Of a DNA stretch of 64,000 nucleotides, positions 1 to 16,080 are shown piece by piece (the stretch's first letter is position 1; every line of letters starts with the position of its first letter). The translations under genes and the position numbers were made by a program. Source of the stretch: Eledone cirrhosa (taxonomy: Eukaryota); assembly GCA_964016885.1 (NCBI GenBank), contig OZ024742.1, forward strand, positions 253,332,001 to 253,396,000, in the 5' to 3' direction. The notes under the pieces were generated by a model. The model did no database searches. It was not told the origin of the DNA and was given only the letters and a program-made list of their open reading frames with translations.

Positions 1-843
1 AACATAAAAAAGAAGATCTATAGAGAATTAAGTCATCAAGAAAAACAAAAGCGTAACCTAATACAAGAAATAGCTAAAATAACCACACCAACAGAAAAAC
101 TAATATTTATAAGCCTTATACGCCCCGAAGAACAGTACATTACTCAAGAATGTGATAAGCACTTTAACAGAAAACTAAAGTGGCTTAAACAGGCAAAGCT
201 AAATCGGGATACTATAGAGTATATCAATAGATATCCCGACAAAATTGACGGTATCAACATGGCCGACACCCCATTATCAGAAGAGTTCAACAACGAAAAT
301 ACCAACATTTATGGAAACACGGAAATAGATAATAATGAAATGTCTGTGTTATGTCTGCCACCCAAATTTGCGACATTCAAGAAGGTAAATATGATTAGTG
401 GTCTGTCAGAAATAGAAAAATCATTTACAAAACTACGCTGGAGCATCAAGAACAAAAGCAACAATATACGCACACACATATACAACACACATCCCAACAA
501 CAACAGACACACAGACACAAACAACAATAACAACAACACACACATCAACAACAAAAACAATAGCAACATACCCAGATACAACAACAACAGACACGCAGAC
601 ACAAACAACAATAACAACACACACAACAACGATAACACACACGGAGACAACAATAACAACAACACATACATCAACAACAACAACAATAGCAACATACCCA
701 GATACAACAACAACAGACACGCAGACACAAACAACAATAACAACACACACAACAACGATAACACACACGGAGACAACAACAACACACATCAACAACAACA
801 ACACACACGCATTCAATGCCTCTCACCACCACCACAATCTTAA
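1..843 (+). CDS. N-terminal part of PLE protein with Asn/Thr/His-rich tandem insert; frameshifted relative to RT ORF
   Basis: Frame 1 is open from base 1 to 843; EMSVLCLPPKF...EIEKSFTKLRW resembles the PLE N-terminal LxxGxxF/LRW region; the same Asn-rich peptide is in frame with RT in copy 2. Confidence 0.7.
   Translation, partial: NIKKKIYRELSHQEKQKRNLIQEIAKITTPTEKLIFISLIRPEEQYITQECDKHFNRKLKWLKQAKLNRDTIEYINRYPDKIDGINMADTPLSEEFNNENTNIYGNTEIDNNEMSVLCLPPKFATFKKVNMISGLSEIEKSFTKLRWSIKNKSNNIRTHIYNTHPNNNRHTDTNNNNNNTHINNKNNSNIPRYNNNRHADTNNNNNTHNNDNTHGDNNNNNTYINNNNNSNIPRYNNNRHADTNNNNNTHNNDNTHGDNNNTHQQQQHTRIQCLSPPPQS
497..800 (+). repeat. ~126-bp (AAC/AC-rich) coding tandem repeat inside PLE ORF
   Basis: TAGCAACATACCCAGATAC at 561 and 687 (126 apart). 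Confidence 0.85.
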
Positions 844-3524
844 CAAACACACAGACACAGAAAACAAGTAATGACAGTAGCATAGAAATCAGAGAAATAA
901 GAGAAAGTAATAGGATTAAAAGGAAAAGGAGATGGGAGACTAAGGACAAAGAGAATAACCAAGACGAACACACAGACACACAAAATAGGGTAGATAACAA
1001 CATTGAGCCAGTGGAAAGAGACAGGAGTAATTATGAGAGACATAGAAACAACCATGAGGCTGAGGCTGTTGGTGGAAATAGAAATAGAAACAACACAACT
1101 AACAATAATAATAGCACTAGTACACATAAAGCAGCAGCCTGGAACTCTCCGTTTTATAACCCATCCGATAAATCATTCGACCTACGACGAGTCCACGCCA
1201 CGACTCTGCCATTTAACAAACGCACGCAGTTGCCGTCGCAGGTCGATGAACAAACAGAAGCACAATTTAGTATAGCTAAATCCGAACTTAGAAATATTAT
1301 AGAACAGTATAGCAAGAAGCATAATAGAATAGAGGCCCAGCAACTGGGAGAAAAATCTGCAAATGGCTTGCGTAAGCTCATGCAGCGCTCGCGTAATGGA
1401 GAGATAGCATGTTTTCCAACAGACAAGTCTGGCAGAATGTCGGTTGACAGCCTGCCAAACTACATCCAGGCAATGCAACCCCACATCACTAACACAAGAG
1501 AGGTAACACCACAGGAGCATGAGGATAGAGAAAAAGCCCTCAATGCCCATATGGTGATGTGGACGAATATAATGCAGCCCAACAAAAGGACTGCCAACAA
1601 CTTCCAGGCCTGGAACAATGACGTGCCGGCGTTGTATGGGCTTCGAAATGACCATAAAACGGGCTGGGACCCTGTCGCGGGACCACCAACACGGCCAGTC
1701 TGTGGGGCTAACATTGCTAGTAACTACAGACTGTCCTACTTCCTCTCCCTGATCATACGCCCCATCATTGAGATGTCCCCAGATGTGTGTGACAGCACGG
1801 AGGACCTCCTCAGCAGAATCGGCGCGAGTAACCGATCTGGGGACCTAACAAACTGCATAATAGGCAGTATGGATGTTGTGTCCCTGTATCCATCTATTGA
1901 CGTGGATTTTGCTGTGGAGAAATGCGTAGAAATGATCAGCGAGAGCAAGGTTGAGTTCCGTGGGATTGATACCAGTGAGCTGGGACTTCTACTTAAGCTT
2001 ACCCATAGTAATAGTTACCTAGACACTTATGACCTTAGCAACCTGTTCCCTACAAGACCAGCAAGAGGCAGACCACCTACCATTACCTCAATGGCCAAGA
2101 AAACCCACACAGATAGATGGAACGGGTGGACCAGAGCCATATGGACACCCGAAAACCACGATGAACTGAAGAAAATGATTGCACATGTGGTAGGGGCCAG
2201 CATAAAATTAACCCTTAAGGAACATATGTTCAAATTTAATGGTAAAACATATGCCCAAGAGGAAGGAGCAGCCATTGGTGTTAGCATTGCAGGCGACATA
2301 GCTAACTTATTCATGGTATGGTGGGACAGTAGACTTAAACAAAAACTTAAAGAACAATTAGAAGACAGCTTAACCCTGATAATGTACTCCCGCTACGTAG
2401 ATGATATAAACATCGTAGTTAAGACATCCCCACTAAAGAACAGTCAGGAACTAGAGAAAAACACAATGGAAAGCATCCAGCAAATAGCAAACTCCATCCA
2501 CCAGAGCATTAGAGTTACTATATACTACCCAAGTAGACACCCCAACCATCGATTACCTGTACTAGACACAGAGCTCTGGTTAGATACCATTAACAACCAA
2601 AAACAAATCCTCCATTCCCATTATGCCAAACCCATGACTTCCAAACATCTGATCCACCGAAATTCGGCCATTTCGGACCATACCAAAATCAACATACTGA
2701 TTGCGGATTTGGTACGGGTGATGAGAAATGTGTCCCGCATGTGCAACCCCGAAGAACTAGAGAGACACACACAACACTTCATCCACCGTATGCAGTTCTC
2801 TGGCTACAATCAGAGAGATAGAATCAGAGTGTATAAAGGAGCCAGAACCAAATGGGAAAAAATGGTAAATAATGACATAAATGGGACCTGCCCCTTGTAT
2901 AGGAGCAAATTTTGGAATAGAATAGAAAGAACTAGGAACAAGGCCAATAGAATAAACTCATGGTATGATAGCAATAAATACCAGAGTGTAATGTTCATCA
3001 ATACAACCCCTAGAGGCGAACTAGCCTACAAATTTAGAAGGGCCCTAAATAAACATAATCTCAATATTAAGATAGTAGAAAGACCAGGTACCTCCGTAAA
3101 AACACTTATTAGCAAGACATACCCGTTCCAAAGACCCTCATGTATAGATAAGAAATGTATAACCTGTAAAATAAGCCCCCATATTAACTGTAAAACTAGA
3201 AATGTAGTGTATAGCATAAGATGTACAGAAGGACAATGTAGAAACAAAAATATAGTGTACATAGGTGAGACAGATCGTAGTATAGGGGAACGAATAAATG
3301 AACACTGGCGAGACCTCCAAGATAATAAAGAATCATCTGTGCTCTACCAACATGCTAAGATAGAACACAGGGATAGACTAGAGAACATAGAAATAAAAAT
3401 AGAATCCACACACAGAAAAGACGCAATGTTTAGGCAAATTACAGAGGCAGTAAGCATAAAAGAATTAAAACCAAAATTAAATAGAAAATATGAGTGGAAC
3501 AGCAACATCACAACTTACAATTAA
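816..3524 (+). CDS. PLE reverse transcriptase + C-terminal GIY-YIG endonuclease (902 aa)
   Basis: PTDKSG, PTRPV, SMDVVSLYPSI, GAAIG, YSRYVDD, LPVLD, Cys-rich linker CxxxxCxxC, NVVYSI...YIGET..R...EH, RQITEA...KLN. Confidence 0.93.
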   Translation: MPLTTTTILTNTQTQKTSNDSSIEIREIRESNRIKRKRRWETKDKENNQDEHTDTQNRVDNNIEPVERDRSNYERHRNNHEAEAVGGNRNRNNTTNNNNSTSTHKAAAWNSPFYNPSDKSFDLRRVHATTLPFNKRTQLPSQVDEQTEAQFSIAKSELRNIIEQYSKKHNRIEAQQLGEKSANGLRKLMQRSRNGEIACFPTDKSGRMSVDSLPNYIQAMQPHITNTREVTPQEHEDREKALNAHMVMWTNIMQPNKRTANNFQAWNNDVPALYGLRNDHKTGWDPVAGPPTRPVCGANIASNYRLSYFLSLIIRPIIEMSPDVCDSTEDLLSRIGASNRSGDLTNCIIGSMDVVSLYPSIDVDFAVEKCVEMISESKVEFRGIDTSELGLLLKLTHSNSYLDTYDLSNLFPTRPARGRPPTITSMAKKTHTDRWNGWTRAIWTPENHDELKKMIAHVVGASIKLTLKEHMFKFNGKTYAQEEGAAIGVSIAGDIANLFMVWWDSRLKQKLKEQLEDSLTLIMYSRYVDDINIVVKTSPLKNSQELEKNTMESIQQIANSIHQSIRVTIYYPSRHPNHRLPVLDTELWLDTINNQKQILHSHYAKPMTSKHLIHRNSAISDHTKINILIADLVRVMRNVSRMCNPEELERHTQHFIHRMQFSGYNQRDRIRVYKGARTKWEKMVNNDINGTCPLYRSKFWNRIERTRNKANRINSWYDSNKYQSVMFINTTPRGELAYKFRRALNKHNLNIKIVERPGTSVKTLISKTYPFQRPSCIDKKCITCKISPHINCKTRNVVYSIRCTEGQCRNKNIVYIGETDRSIGERINEHWRDLQDNKESSVLYQHAKIEHRDRLENIEIKIESTHRKDAMFRQITEAVSIKELKPKLNRKYEWNSNITTYN

Positions 3525-3826
3525 GGACAAAATGAAAACACACACAGGACAAAATGAAAACACACACACACATAGAACAAACAACTTACAATTAAGGACA
3601 AAATGAAAACACACACAGGACAAAATGAAAACACACACACACATAGAACAAACAACCAACCAACAATAAATAAATAAATAAATAAACAAATAGATAAATG
3701 AACACAAACACACACAGACACCCGGATGTGGCACATGCGCAACCTGAGCACACAACACACACACAGAAACAAAATGGCGTAGGATAGAAGAAAGGAAAGG
3801 CACAGAAACAAAGGAAAGGAATCCCC

Positions 3827-3871
3827 AGTCACTGAAGAGGTCACAGAGTGTGTGACGAAAGGACTATGACT
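3827..3871 (+). ncRNA. Minimal type I hammerhead ribozyme, family A
   Basis: AGTCA-CTGAAGA-g-GTCACA gagtg TGTGAC-GAAA-ggac-TA-TGACT. Confidence 0.85.
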
Positions 3872-4030
3872 ATATATAAACAAATATCTGGTTGTGGAAC
3901 CAACCAACCAGAAATTTATAAGTTTGTAAATTTGTAAATTTATAAATTTATAAATATATAATAAATTGAAGTGAAAGCAACTGGTGCGTGTGTTTCTTAT
4001 TGGCAACATGACCCTCCCAAAGTATAACAA

Positions 4031-4068
<38 letters not shown>

Positions 4069-4073
<5 letters not shown>

Positions 4074-4571
4074 ATACTTTGGGAGGGCCCAGTCGCTTTC
4101 ACTTCAATTTATTATATATTTATAAATTTATAAATTTACAAATTTACAGACTTATAAATTTCTGGTTGGTTGGTTCCACAACCATAAAGTTGTTTATATA
4201 TAGTCATAGTCCTTTCGTCACACACTCTGTGACCTCTTCAGTGACTGGGGATTCCTTTCCTTTGTTTCTGTGCCTTTCCTTTCTTCTATCCTACGCCATT
4301 TTGTTTCTGTGTGTGTGTTGTGTGCTCAGTTTGCGCATGCGCCACATCCGGGTGTCTGTGTGTGTTTGTGTTCATTTATCTATTTGTTTATTTATTTATT
4401 TTTTTATTGTTGGTTGTTTGTTTGTTCTATGTGTGTGTGTGTTTTCATTTTGTCCTGTGTGTGTTTTCATTTTGTCCTTAATTGTAAGTTGTGATGTTGC
4501 TGTTCCACTCATATTTTCTATTTAATTTTGGTTTTAATTCTTTTATCCTTACTGCCTCTGTAATTTGCCTA

Positions 4572-4575
<4 letters not shown>
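4069..4575 (-). mobile_element. Inverted 3'-end fragment of PLE family A
   Basis: Reverse complement of ~3427-4030 with small deletions; flanked by (TA)n on both sides. Confidence 0.9.
4202..4246 (-). ncRNA. Hammerhead ribozyme, family A
   Basis: Reverse complement of 3827-3871. Confidence 0.85.
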
Positions 4576-4631
<56 letters not shown>

Positions 4632-4635
<4 letters not shown>

Positions 4636-4768
4636 GAAATCAAGCCAAATCAGTTCCTGTATGACCAAGGCATGGTCAGCCGACCAGACACTGCCCACAA
4701 CAGGACAACCCGTCTAACCCATGCTAGCGTGGAAGAACGGACGTAAAACGGTGATGATGATGATGATA
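4632..4768 (+). mobile_element. 3' terminus of RTE-type LINE/SINE with (GAT)n tail (mirror at 8981-9118)
   Basis: AACCCATGCTAGCGTGGAAGAACGGACGT...(GAT)n matches the 3' end of the RTE at 44188. Confidence 0.65.
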
Positions 4769-4792
4769 TATATATATATATATATAAAAATG

Positions 4793-6369
<1,577 letters not shown>

Positions 6370-6383
6370 AGGCATCATATATA

Positions 6384-6594
6384 TAGGAACGAGTAGGACC
6401 CCGACGGCTGAGCTCGAGCCGTTTCTACAGCTAATTCTGGACTAAAATCCTTTTAGTCCAGAATTAGGCGTCAAAACGGCTTGAGCTCAGCCGTCGGGGT
6501 CCTACTCGTTCCTATTACCCACTCTACTACCCTAAGTATTGAGTATTTTGGTGCGTTATGGTCCATCTGGTTCCTTACCATATTTCCTTCGTTA
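6384..6594 (+). repeat. ~210-bp hairpin element containing inverted half-hammerheads (also 7167-7377 and 10943-11153)
   Basis: ~63-bp arms; GAAA-CGGCT tgagctc AGCCG-TC motif; all copies bordered by (TA)n. Confidence 0.8.
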
Positions 6595-6624
6595 TATATA
6601 TATATATATGTATATAAATATATG

Positions 6625-6702
<78 letters not shown>

Positions 6703-6805
6703 TCTACCAAAAGTTTACGGTAGTGTCCAATCCGTATGAAGAACTCAATGTAATCCGGATATCATGAAAAGAGAAGATGCATTCAAAAACTACTTTCGGT
6801 GAAAA

Positions 6806-6881
<76 letters not shown>

Positions 6882-7041
6882 TAAAAAAATAATGAATAAA
6901 CAAAGAAACAGTTCCTTATCTTAACTCTGTTTTCCGCTTATTTTTCACCGAAAGTAGCTTTTGAATGCATCTTCTCTTTTCATGATATCCGGATTACATT
7001 GAGTTCTTCATACGGATTGGACACTACCGTAAACTTTTGGT

Positions 7042-7136
<95 letters not shown>

Positions 7137-7391
7137 CATATATTTATATACATATATATATATATATAACGAAGGAAATATGGTAAGGAACCAGATGGAC
7201 CATAACGCACCAAAATACTCAATACTTAGGGTAGTAGAGTGGGTAATAGGAACGAGTAGGACCCCGACGGCTGAGCTCAAGCCGTTTTGACGCCTAATTC
7301 TGGACTAAAAGGATTTTAGTCCAGAATTAGCTGTAGAAACGGCTCGAGCTCAGCCGTCGGGGTCCTACTCGTTCCTATATATATGATGCCT

Positions 7392-7460
<69 letters not shown>

Positions 7461-7472
7461 ATATACATATAT

Positions 7473-7517
<45 letters not shown>

Positions 7518-7526
7518 TACATATAT

Positions 7527-7732
<206 letters not shown>

Positions 7733-7762
7733 AGATCAAAAGATGGTTAAAAGAGTTCCATG

Positions 7763-7831
7763 TATTTTATTATGCGCATTTCAAAAACAAATATCATCAT
7801 GCAATAACATTTGTTTTCATCAGATAAAATA
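7763..7831 (-). ncRNA. Hammerhead, family B
   Basis: Reverse complement of 5896-5964. Confidence 0.85.
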
Positions 7832-8933
7832 GGAAGACATGATATGGAGGTTAAAAAACACTTGTGAATAGTGCAGTTTTAAATCAACATATGAAAAGTA
7901 GTTTTAGATTGATGTGTGATATTGGGAAACAATTTTTTTGAGGGGGGGGGGGGTGGAAAGGATGAAAAAGAGGAGGAGATGTGAGTAAAAAGTGGAGGTG
8001 GAGGAGTATAATGAGTAAGGATGAGATAGGAGGAGAGATGGGTGATAGAGAGAGAGAGAGATAGCTTTTATAACTGAGAAAAATATATTGTTTTACATAG
8101 AGAGGTTGAAAAACCGTTGGAAGATAATATATAAATTAAAAGAATTTGAAAATTAACGAAGAGAAAAATAATGTTAAGTTAAGGTTTGTATATTGAAGGG
8201 TTTAATAATATGTGCGATGGAAAGAAAATATTAATATGTATTAAGAATAATATTTAAGGGTTTAATAATATGTGCGATGGAAAGAAAATGTTGATATGTA
8301 TTATTTAAAAAACAATAGTAACGTAAGTAAGGATATATTAGATGAGCATGAAAGGCAGAAAAAAATAATGAATTGAGGATGAATAATCTAACGTCAAAAA
8401 AATGTTTATGTTTACGAAGGATTTTTTCAAGGTGATATAAAGTAAGAATATATTGTACTGTGTAATAATTCTTTCTATGTTAGGCACAATGAGAAAAGGT
8501 ACAGATTAGGGGTTAGACATTAAAAGGAAAAGAAAAGGAAAAGGAAGAAAGGGAAGTGATAAATAGGAGTGATATAGAATGAGTAACTAGTATCATATAA
8601 TGTATAATAAATAACTTTGAAATAAGGTAGAAGGATGGGTATATTTTTAAAGAAGTATATATATATATATGTGCCTTTGAGAAAAGGATTTTAAATTGAT
8701 AATGTATTAGATATTAGTTGTATACTTTATGGAATGTTCTGTGGATTTATGCAAGCAGAGAGAAAACAAGTCAGTGCGTCTATTTATTATAGAATCTAAA
8801 TTAGATATAATGGTAAATTTTTCATTTAAACAGAGATTGCAAGTCTTGGATAGAGAACTGTTCAAATATTGGAAAGCAGAAGAAACCTTTTTCCAAGAGA
8901 TGTTATATTTAATATTTTTGTCTTTCAAGGACC

Positions 8934-8983
<50 letters not shown>

Positions 8984-9121
8984 TCATCATCATCATCACC
9001 GTTTTACGTCCGTTCTTCCACGCTAGCATGGGTTAGACGGGTTGTCCTGTTGTGGGCAGTGTCTGGTCGGCTGACCATGCCTTGGTCATACAGGAACTGA
9101 TTTGGCTTGATTTCTACATAC

Positions 9122-10920
<1,799 letters not shown>

Positions 10921-11151
10921 TATATATATACATATATATATATAACGAAGGAAATATGGTAAGGAACCAGATGGATCATAACGCACCAAAGTACTCAATA
11001 CTTAGGGTAGTAGAGCGGGTAATAGGAACGAGTAGGACCCCGACGGCTGAGCTCAAGCCGTTTCGACGGCTAATTCTGGACTAAAAGGATTTTAGTCCAG
11101 AATTAGCCGTAGAAACGGCTTGAGCTCAACCGTCGGGGTCCTACTCGTTCC

Positions 11152-11197
<46 letters not shown>

Positions 11198-11203
11198 TGT
11201 ATA

Positions 11204-11314
<111 letters not shown>

Positions 11315-11599
11315 TTGTTCAACAACAGTTTGTAAACCATCCGCAAGGACAAGTGTTTCACCTTGCAGATTTTCAACTCGAGTAATGGTAAAGCTGAAAA
11401 TGGAAGTTTCTATGAAGTTGGCCGATCATGAGCAAGCTCATCGACAAGGGTGACAACTCCAATTAATCTGATGAAAGGGAGAGTATTGAGATCATTCTGG
11501 ATGAAATAAGTCTGGGTACTTGTAGTTACATAATAAGTACTTGGTAGTATGCTGACATAGGTTATAGAAATCGGATTTTGTATTTAGACAGGTACTGTT

Positions 11600-12005
11600 A
11601 CGTAATCTCTGCAAGTATTTATTCATTCCTCGATGCACAGCTCACAAGACAAATTTCCATTTCTGTATGGCTTAGATTTTGCCAGAACTTTCCATTGAAT
11701 GGAGTAATCCATGTCTGCAACTTTAAGTGACCATATGTGGCTTGCAAGCTTCATGGACAATCATTTATCTGAGTGTCTAAACGTCACCAGATGGTTAAAG
11801 AAGCATTCTTTAAACCAGTCCTCCACCATACCTACATATATTTTGACCTCCTGTTGTTGGTTTGGTCGAGTAGAAGTAATTTCAGCTTCATAAACTAAAG
11901 TGGGTGTGTTACACTGTTGTTGAAGGGGGAATATTTCTGGCTTCCTGCAAGAGCATCCAGGTGGCATTGAACTCTTGAGGTTGATGAAGATGTGGGCTTT
12001 CATAG
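11600..12005 (-). pseudogene. Decayed PLE GIY-YIG fragment (family B-like)
   Basis: CSCR...PL...C....LVYEAEI...IYVG.....FK....NH..TFRH. Confidence 0.7.
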
Positions 12006-12065
12006 TATACCAACTTGCTGTTTTACAATAAGATCTGGAGTTATTATTGTATCAACTGGCATTGT

Positions 12066-12248
12066 GGATTGGCAGTATCGGTAGAGGGTCGGATGGCATG
12101 CTTTCCAGCATAGTTACATCCCTTTACGATCTGAGTTCAAATCCCGCCAAGGTTGACTTTGCCTTTCATCCTTACGGGGTCGATAAAATAAAGTACCAGT
12201 AATGCAATGGGTAATTGCTGGCCTTGTGCCTAAAGTAGAAACAATTAT
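12066..12248 (+). mobile_element. tRNA-derived SINE with Meta-like central domain
   Basis: A box TGGCAGTATCGG, B box GAGTTCAAATCC, GCCTTTCATCCTTACGGGGTCGATAAAATAAAGTACCAG. Confidence 0.8.
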
Positions 12249-12589
12249 TGTATCAACTTGCTGTTTTATAATAAGATCTAGAGTTATTGTATCAACTTGC
12301 TATTTTACAATAGGATCAGGCGTTATTATACCAACCTGCTGTTTTAATTGTTTCAGATTTATTTTTACTTTTCCTATCCACTCTACCTCCCTATTGTTGC
12401 TAACTTTCGTGCTCTATAAATTCCTCCAAAACGTTTTGCTTCTCTCTGTGTCTGGTACTTCATTGCTGTCGTTCTACTCCTGTCACTTTCTCAAATAATC
12501 TCTTCTGATTATTCTGGAACAAACTCTTCTGCTGGAACAGTTCTATTCTACTATATAGACTAGCTAAGCAAATGAAGGGATTGATAATT

Positions 12590-12740
12590 ATGTCATTTTA
12601 ACTACTTCAATTACTTTATCTATCCTTTTTTCAGCTAGTACAAGGCTTACTCCACCTACCCCATCAACATTTCCCACACAGAAAAGCTTATACCTTTGTT
12701 GTTTCCCTGTATGCATCCCAATGTGAAGTGGAAAGAAAAG
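12590..12740 (-). pseudogene. RTE LINE apurinic endonuclease fragment
   Basis: YKLFCVGNVDGVGGVSLVLAEKRIDKVIEV. Confidence 0.55.
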
Positions 12741-13598
12741 TATCAACCTTAATGCACTGAAATTATAGTGGTTTTCAGAGGTTGACTGGGGAGAAGGGAC
12801 TGTCTGGTTTTCCATTATCTTTTCCCATTGTCTTTATCCTCTGTGCACCCCACGTTTTTTTTTATTCATATTCAATAAAGTCTTAGCCACGTAGGAATTT
12901 TAACACCTATGAAAAAAAAAAAAAAAGACTTTACACTGCCTGATGCCTGTCTTCCCATTTCCTCCTTTTAATTTTCTTTGTCTGTTCATAAGATAATAGT
13001 CCCAATACTTTTTCTATTTTCTATTTTTCTCCATTCTATTTTTTCTTTTTTTTGGCTAAGCTACGTTTCTATCTCTCTCTCTCTTCCTTTTCAGTTGAAG
13101 CACTATGGTTTGTAGCATTTTCTTTTCATCTTTATTTGTTTAATTTGTCAAAAGGCACAACTTGTCCTGTGTCTACCTGTTTTGTTTCATTCCAATGTGC
13201 ACTGAATTGGTACTAATACGAAAGTGATTTCCAGAGGCTGACTGAGGAAAAATCACTGTCCATTTTGCTCTTTCTTTTTCCATTGTTTTTGTCTTGTGTG
13301 CTCCCCTTTTTTGATAATTTATATATGGAAAATAATAAAGAATTGAAGATGTAATGTGTTTTATATATATAAATACTTGCAAATTTACAGTACACAATGC
13401 AGAGAAATAAATCCATACAAAATAAATTGTCTATTTTTTTAAATGTTGGTTTGCAAAAATAATCATGGTTATCTGAATTGTTTTTATGCTGATTGTATTC
13501 ACCTATGGGTAACTTTTCAAAGTTTAATTTTCAGGGTTACATTTCTGCTGGTGCGCTGTTTTTTTACCTGGTGTTGTTATATATACCACTTACATCCA

Positions 13599-13684
<86 letters not shown>

Positions 13685-13689
13685 TACAT

Positions 13690-14140
13690 TTGAAGGCTAA
13701 GATCTTTGATATTTACATCCTGCCAGTTGTGTTATATGGTCTTGACTGTGTTAATTGGATGACAAGGTCACTTCAGAAGCTCTCTACATTCCAGAACCAC
13801 ATCATGAGACTTATGACTGGCAGTGGCTCAGCGACCGTATCTGTATCAGTGAGCTGCTCAACATTACCAAACTTAGACCAATTACATCAATTGTCAAGTC
13901 AAGAGTACTCAAACTATACAGCCATATAAAAAGATCAACTCACGGTGTGAGTAGGTTATGCCTGGAAGGAAGGTTGGCTGGTAGGAGAAACAGAGGGTGG
14001 CAGCCGGCAGCCAAGATGGTGGCTCATTAATGTCAACTTATGGACTGGACTTGATCTTTGAACTCTGCTGCTGGTGACTGAACTTTGTGAAGAGAGATAT
14101 CACATGTTAATGCGCAGTCTGGAACTGGCGAAGTTTAGTG
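13690..14140 (+). pseudogene. RTE-type LINE C-terminal fragment
   Basis: KAKIFDIYILPVVLYGLDCVNW...FQNHIMR; after a frameshift LKLYSHIKR...EGRLAGRRNRG. Confidence 0.7.
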
Positions 14141-14284
14141 TTACAAGAAGATATAATACAATAACTTAAAGGTAAGAAATTGTCTAGACAAATGCATCAA
14201 CATAAGATGTGTTTGTACAATTTTATAGGCACAATGACATAAGAGATCTGTGAGTAAAGTTGTTAGAAAATTAATTCTTACCAT

Positions 14285-14351
<67 letters not shown>

Positions 14352-14425
14352 TGCATTGCCAAAGAAAAATCGGATAGCAAGTCAAAGAACTTACTTCAAT
14401 ATAGTAAAATTCCGAAATTTCAATA

Positions 14426-14508
14426 TTTCTATACAGCTGTTTCATGAGTGGAAAAGAAATGATAAATAGAAAGCACCATAAGATGGACCACTCAATCATC
14501 AGTAGAAA
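14426..14508 (-). ncRNA. Type I hammerhead with intact core (single-copy family)
   Basis: Minus: TTTCTA-CTGATGA-t-TGAGTGG...CCACTCA-t-GAAA-CAGCTG-TA-TAGAAA; palindrome ACAGCTGT. Confidence 0.85.
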
Positions 14509-14599
14509 ATTCATCTTACTGAATGCATTATAGACGACCAGTCAACATAGTTTCAAAAGAGGATCTGAATGTACACGCTGAGGAACATACAAATCAACA

Positions 14600-14975
14600 A
14601 CATCATTACTGTTTAACATCCATTTTTCCACATTGGTATGGATTAGATGAGTTATTCAGTTGAGAGCAAGGACAGGTAAGGTGGTTATATCTTGCTCATA
14701 CAGAACTGGTTTTGGCTTGGTTTCTACAGCTGGCTCTCCTTCCTAGCACCAATTTCATTTACAGCAAGTACTGGGTGCTTTTTGTCATGATGCCTAAATG
14801 ACCACTTTACAGTGTGGACTGGGTGCTTTTTGTTGTGACACCTACACAACCACTTTACAGTGTGTGCTGGGTGCCTTTTGTCGTGTTGACATCATGGCCA
14901 CTTTACAGTGTGGGTTGGAGGCTTCACTGGATGTATAGTTCAGCTTGTCCTCATGGTAGTGGGTGGGATGGGATG
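14600..14975 (-). mobile_element. Diverged RTE 3' UTR/derived SINE with internal ~38-bp repeats
   Basis: Similar to 44188-44520 (CCACTTTACAGTGTGGACTGGG repeats). Confidence 0.55.
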
Positions 14976-16080
14976 GTGCATGTTATATATATATATACTT
15001 CAGCTTTGGCATATATATATGTATGTATATATGTATATAAATAAACACATATATATATGTATAACATCAGTAGTATCATCATCGTTTATATATATATATA
15101 TGCGTGTCTGATGGTAGCTAAGATGCTTCCATAGGCAGTATGCCGGTTGTGCACTTTATGCTCTTAGAGAGCAGAGTATGATAGAGTGAGAGAATATGCT
15201 CTGAAATCATTAGACGTGTCTGCCGAACCTGCGGGTCCAGAATCAAACAGATCCACACAATGATCACGTCTCGAGCTGTCTGGCGGCGAAACAATTGTAA
15301 CACAATAAATTGAGTTCAGATGCATCACTGATTTTTCGTTTTCTCTCTCTCTCTCTATATATATATACTTGTTTGCTTTTCCATTATTCAATTACAGTTG
15401 TCCATATTTTGATGTCAGTTAGATGTAATTGTTAAAAAGAAAGTAAAAAAGATAAAAATTTTGATGAGATATTTTACAGTTAATAGATAATTTCTATTAT
15501 TTTCTTAGATTCATTAATTTACTTCATATGGTGTCAAGATTGTGAAAACTATATTTTATCAACCTCTCTGTTCTTTTTACACCCTCACACATAGAAAATA
15601 GAAAGGTGGATATAGAAACGATGATGATGATATATATATGTATATGTATCTATGTGTGTGTATATATAAATAAATAAATATATATATATATATATATACA
15701 TAGACTTTGTTAGTTTCAGAAGATCCCGTTAAGGGTGAAAGCAGCGATTCTTTGCTTAAACTTTAATCTGTTATTTTAATAAATATTTGCTCTACGGTTC
15801 TTATATATTTGATATATATTTATTCTTATCGAGCCCTCTTTGGATTTTAGTCTTCAAATTTATTATTATTACTATATATATATTATATATATAGTTGTTA
15901 TATAGTAAGGTGTCTTATTGGTTGTGTAAAACAGTCCAATAAATTTATGTTAGCAATATTAAGTTCTCCACGCTTTTGTATATCGCCAATTCCATTCAAG
16001 GGAACAGCTAGATGATGTAAAACGGAGTATAAGTATCAAAATGAAAATCTGAAGGCAAGGTAAAATTCCAATCATTTTAA

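Larger units (their letters stand above)
1..4030 (+). mobile_element. Penelope-like retroelement (family A, copy 1), 5' end outside window
   Basis: RT + GIY-YIG ORF, 3' UTR/pLTR containing an HHR, ends ...CCCAAAGTATAACAA directly before (TA)n; near-identical copy at 40190-43565. Confidence 0.93.

Noticed and set aside
11465-11500. CTGATGA motif (also ~47828 and ~48906)
   Set aside because: No matching stem II/GAAA/UH downstream
12070-12150. tRNA gene
   Set aside because: A and B boxes belong to a SINE head with several degenerate copies; no cloverleaf
15216-15303. HHR-like GTGT-CTGCCGA...GAAA-CAATTG-TA-ACAC
   Set aside because: Palindrome and stem I are suggestive, but the core is mutated and stem II is unconvincing; not counted
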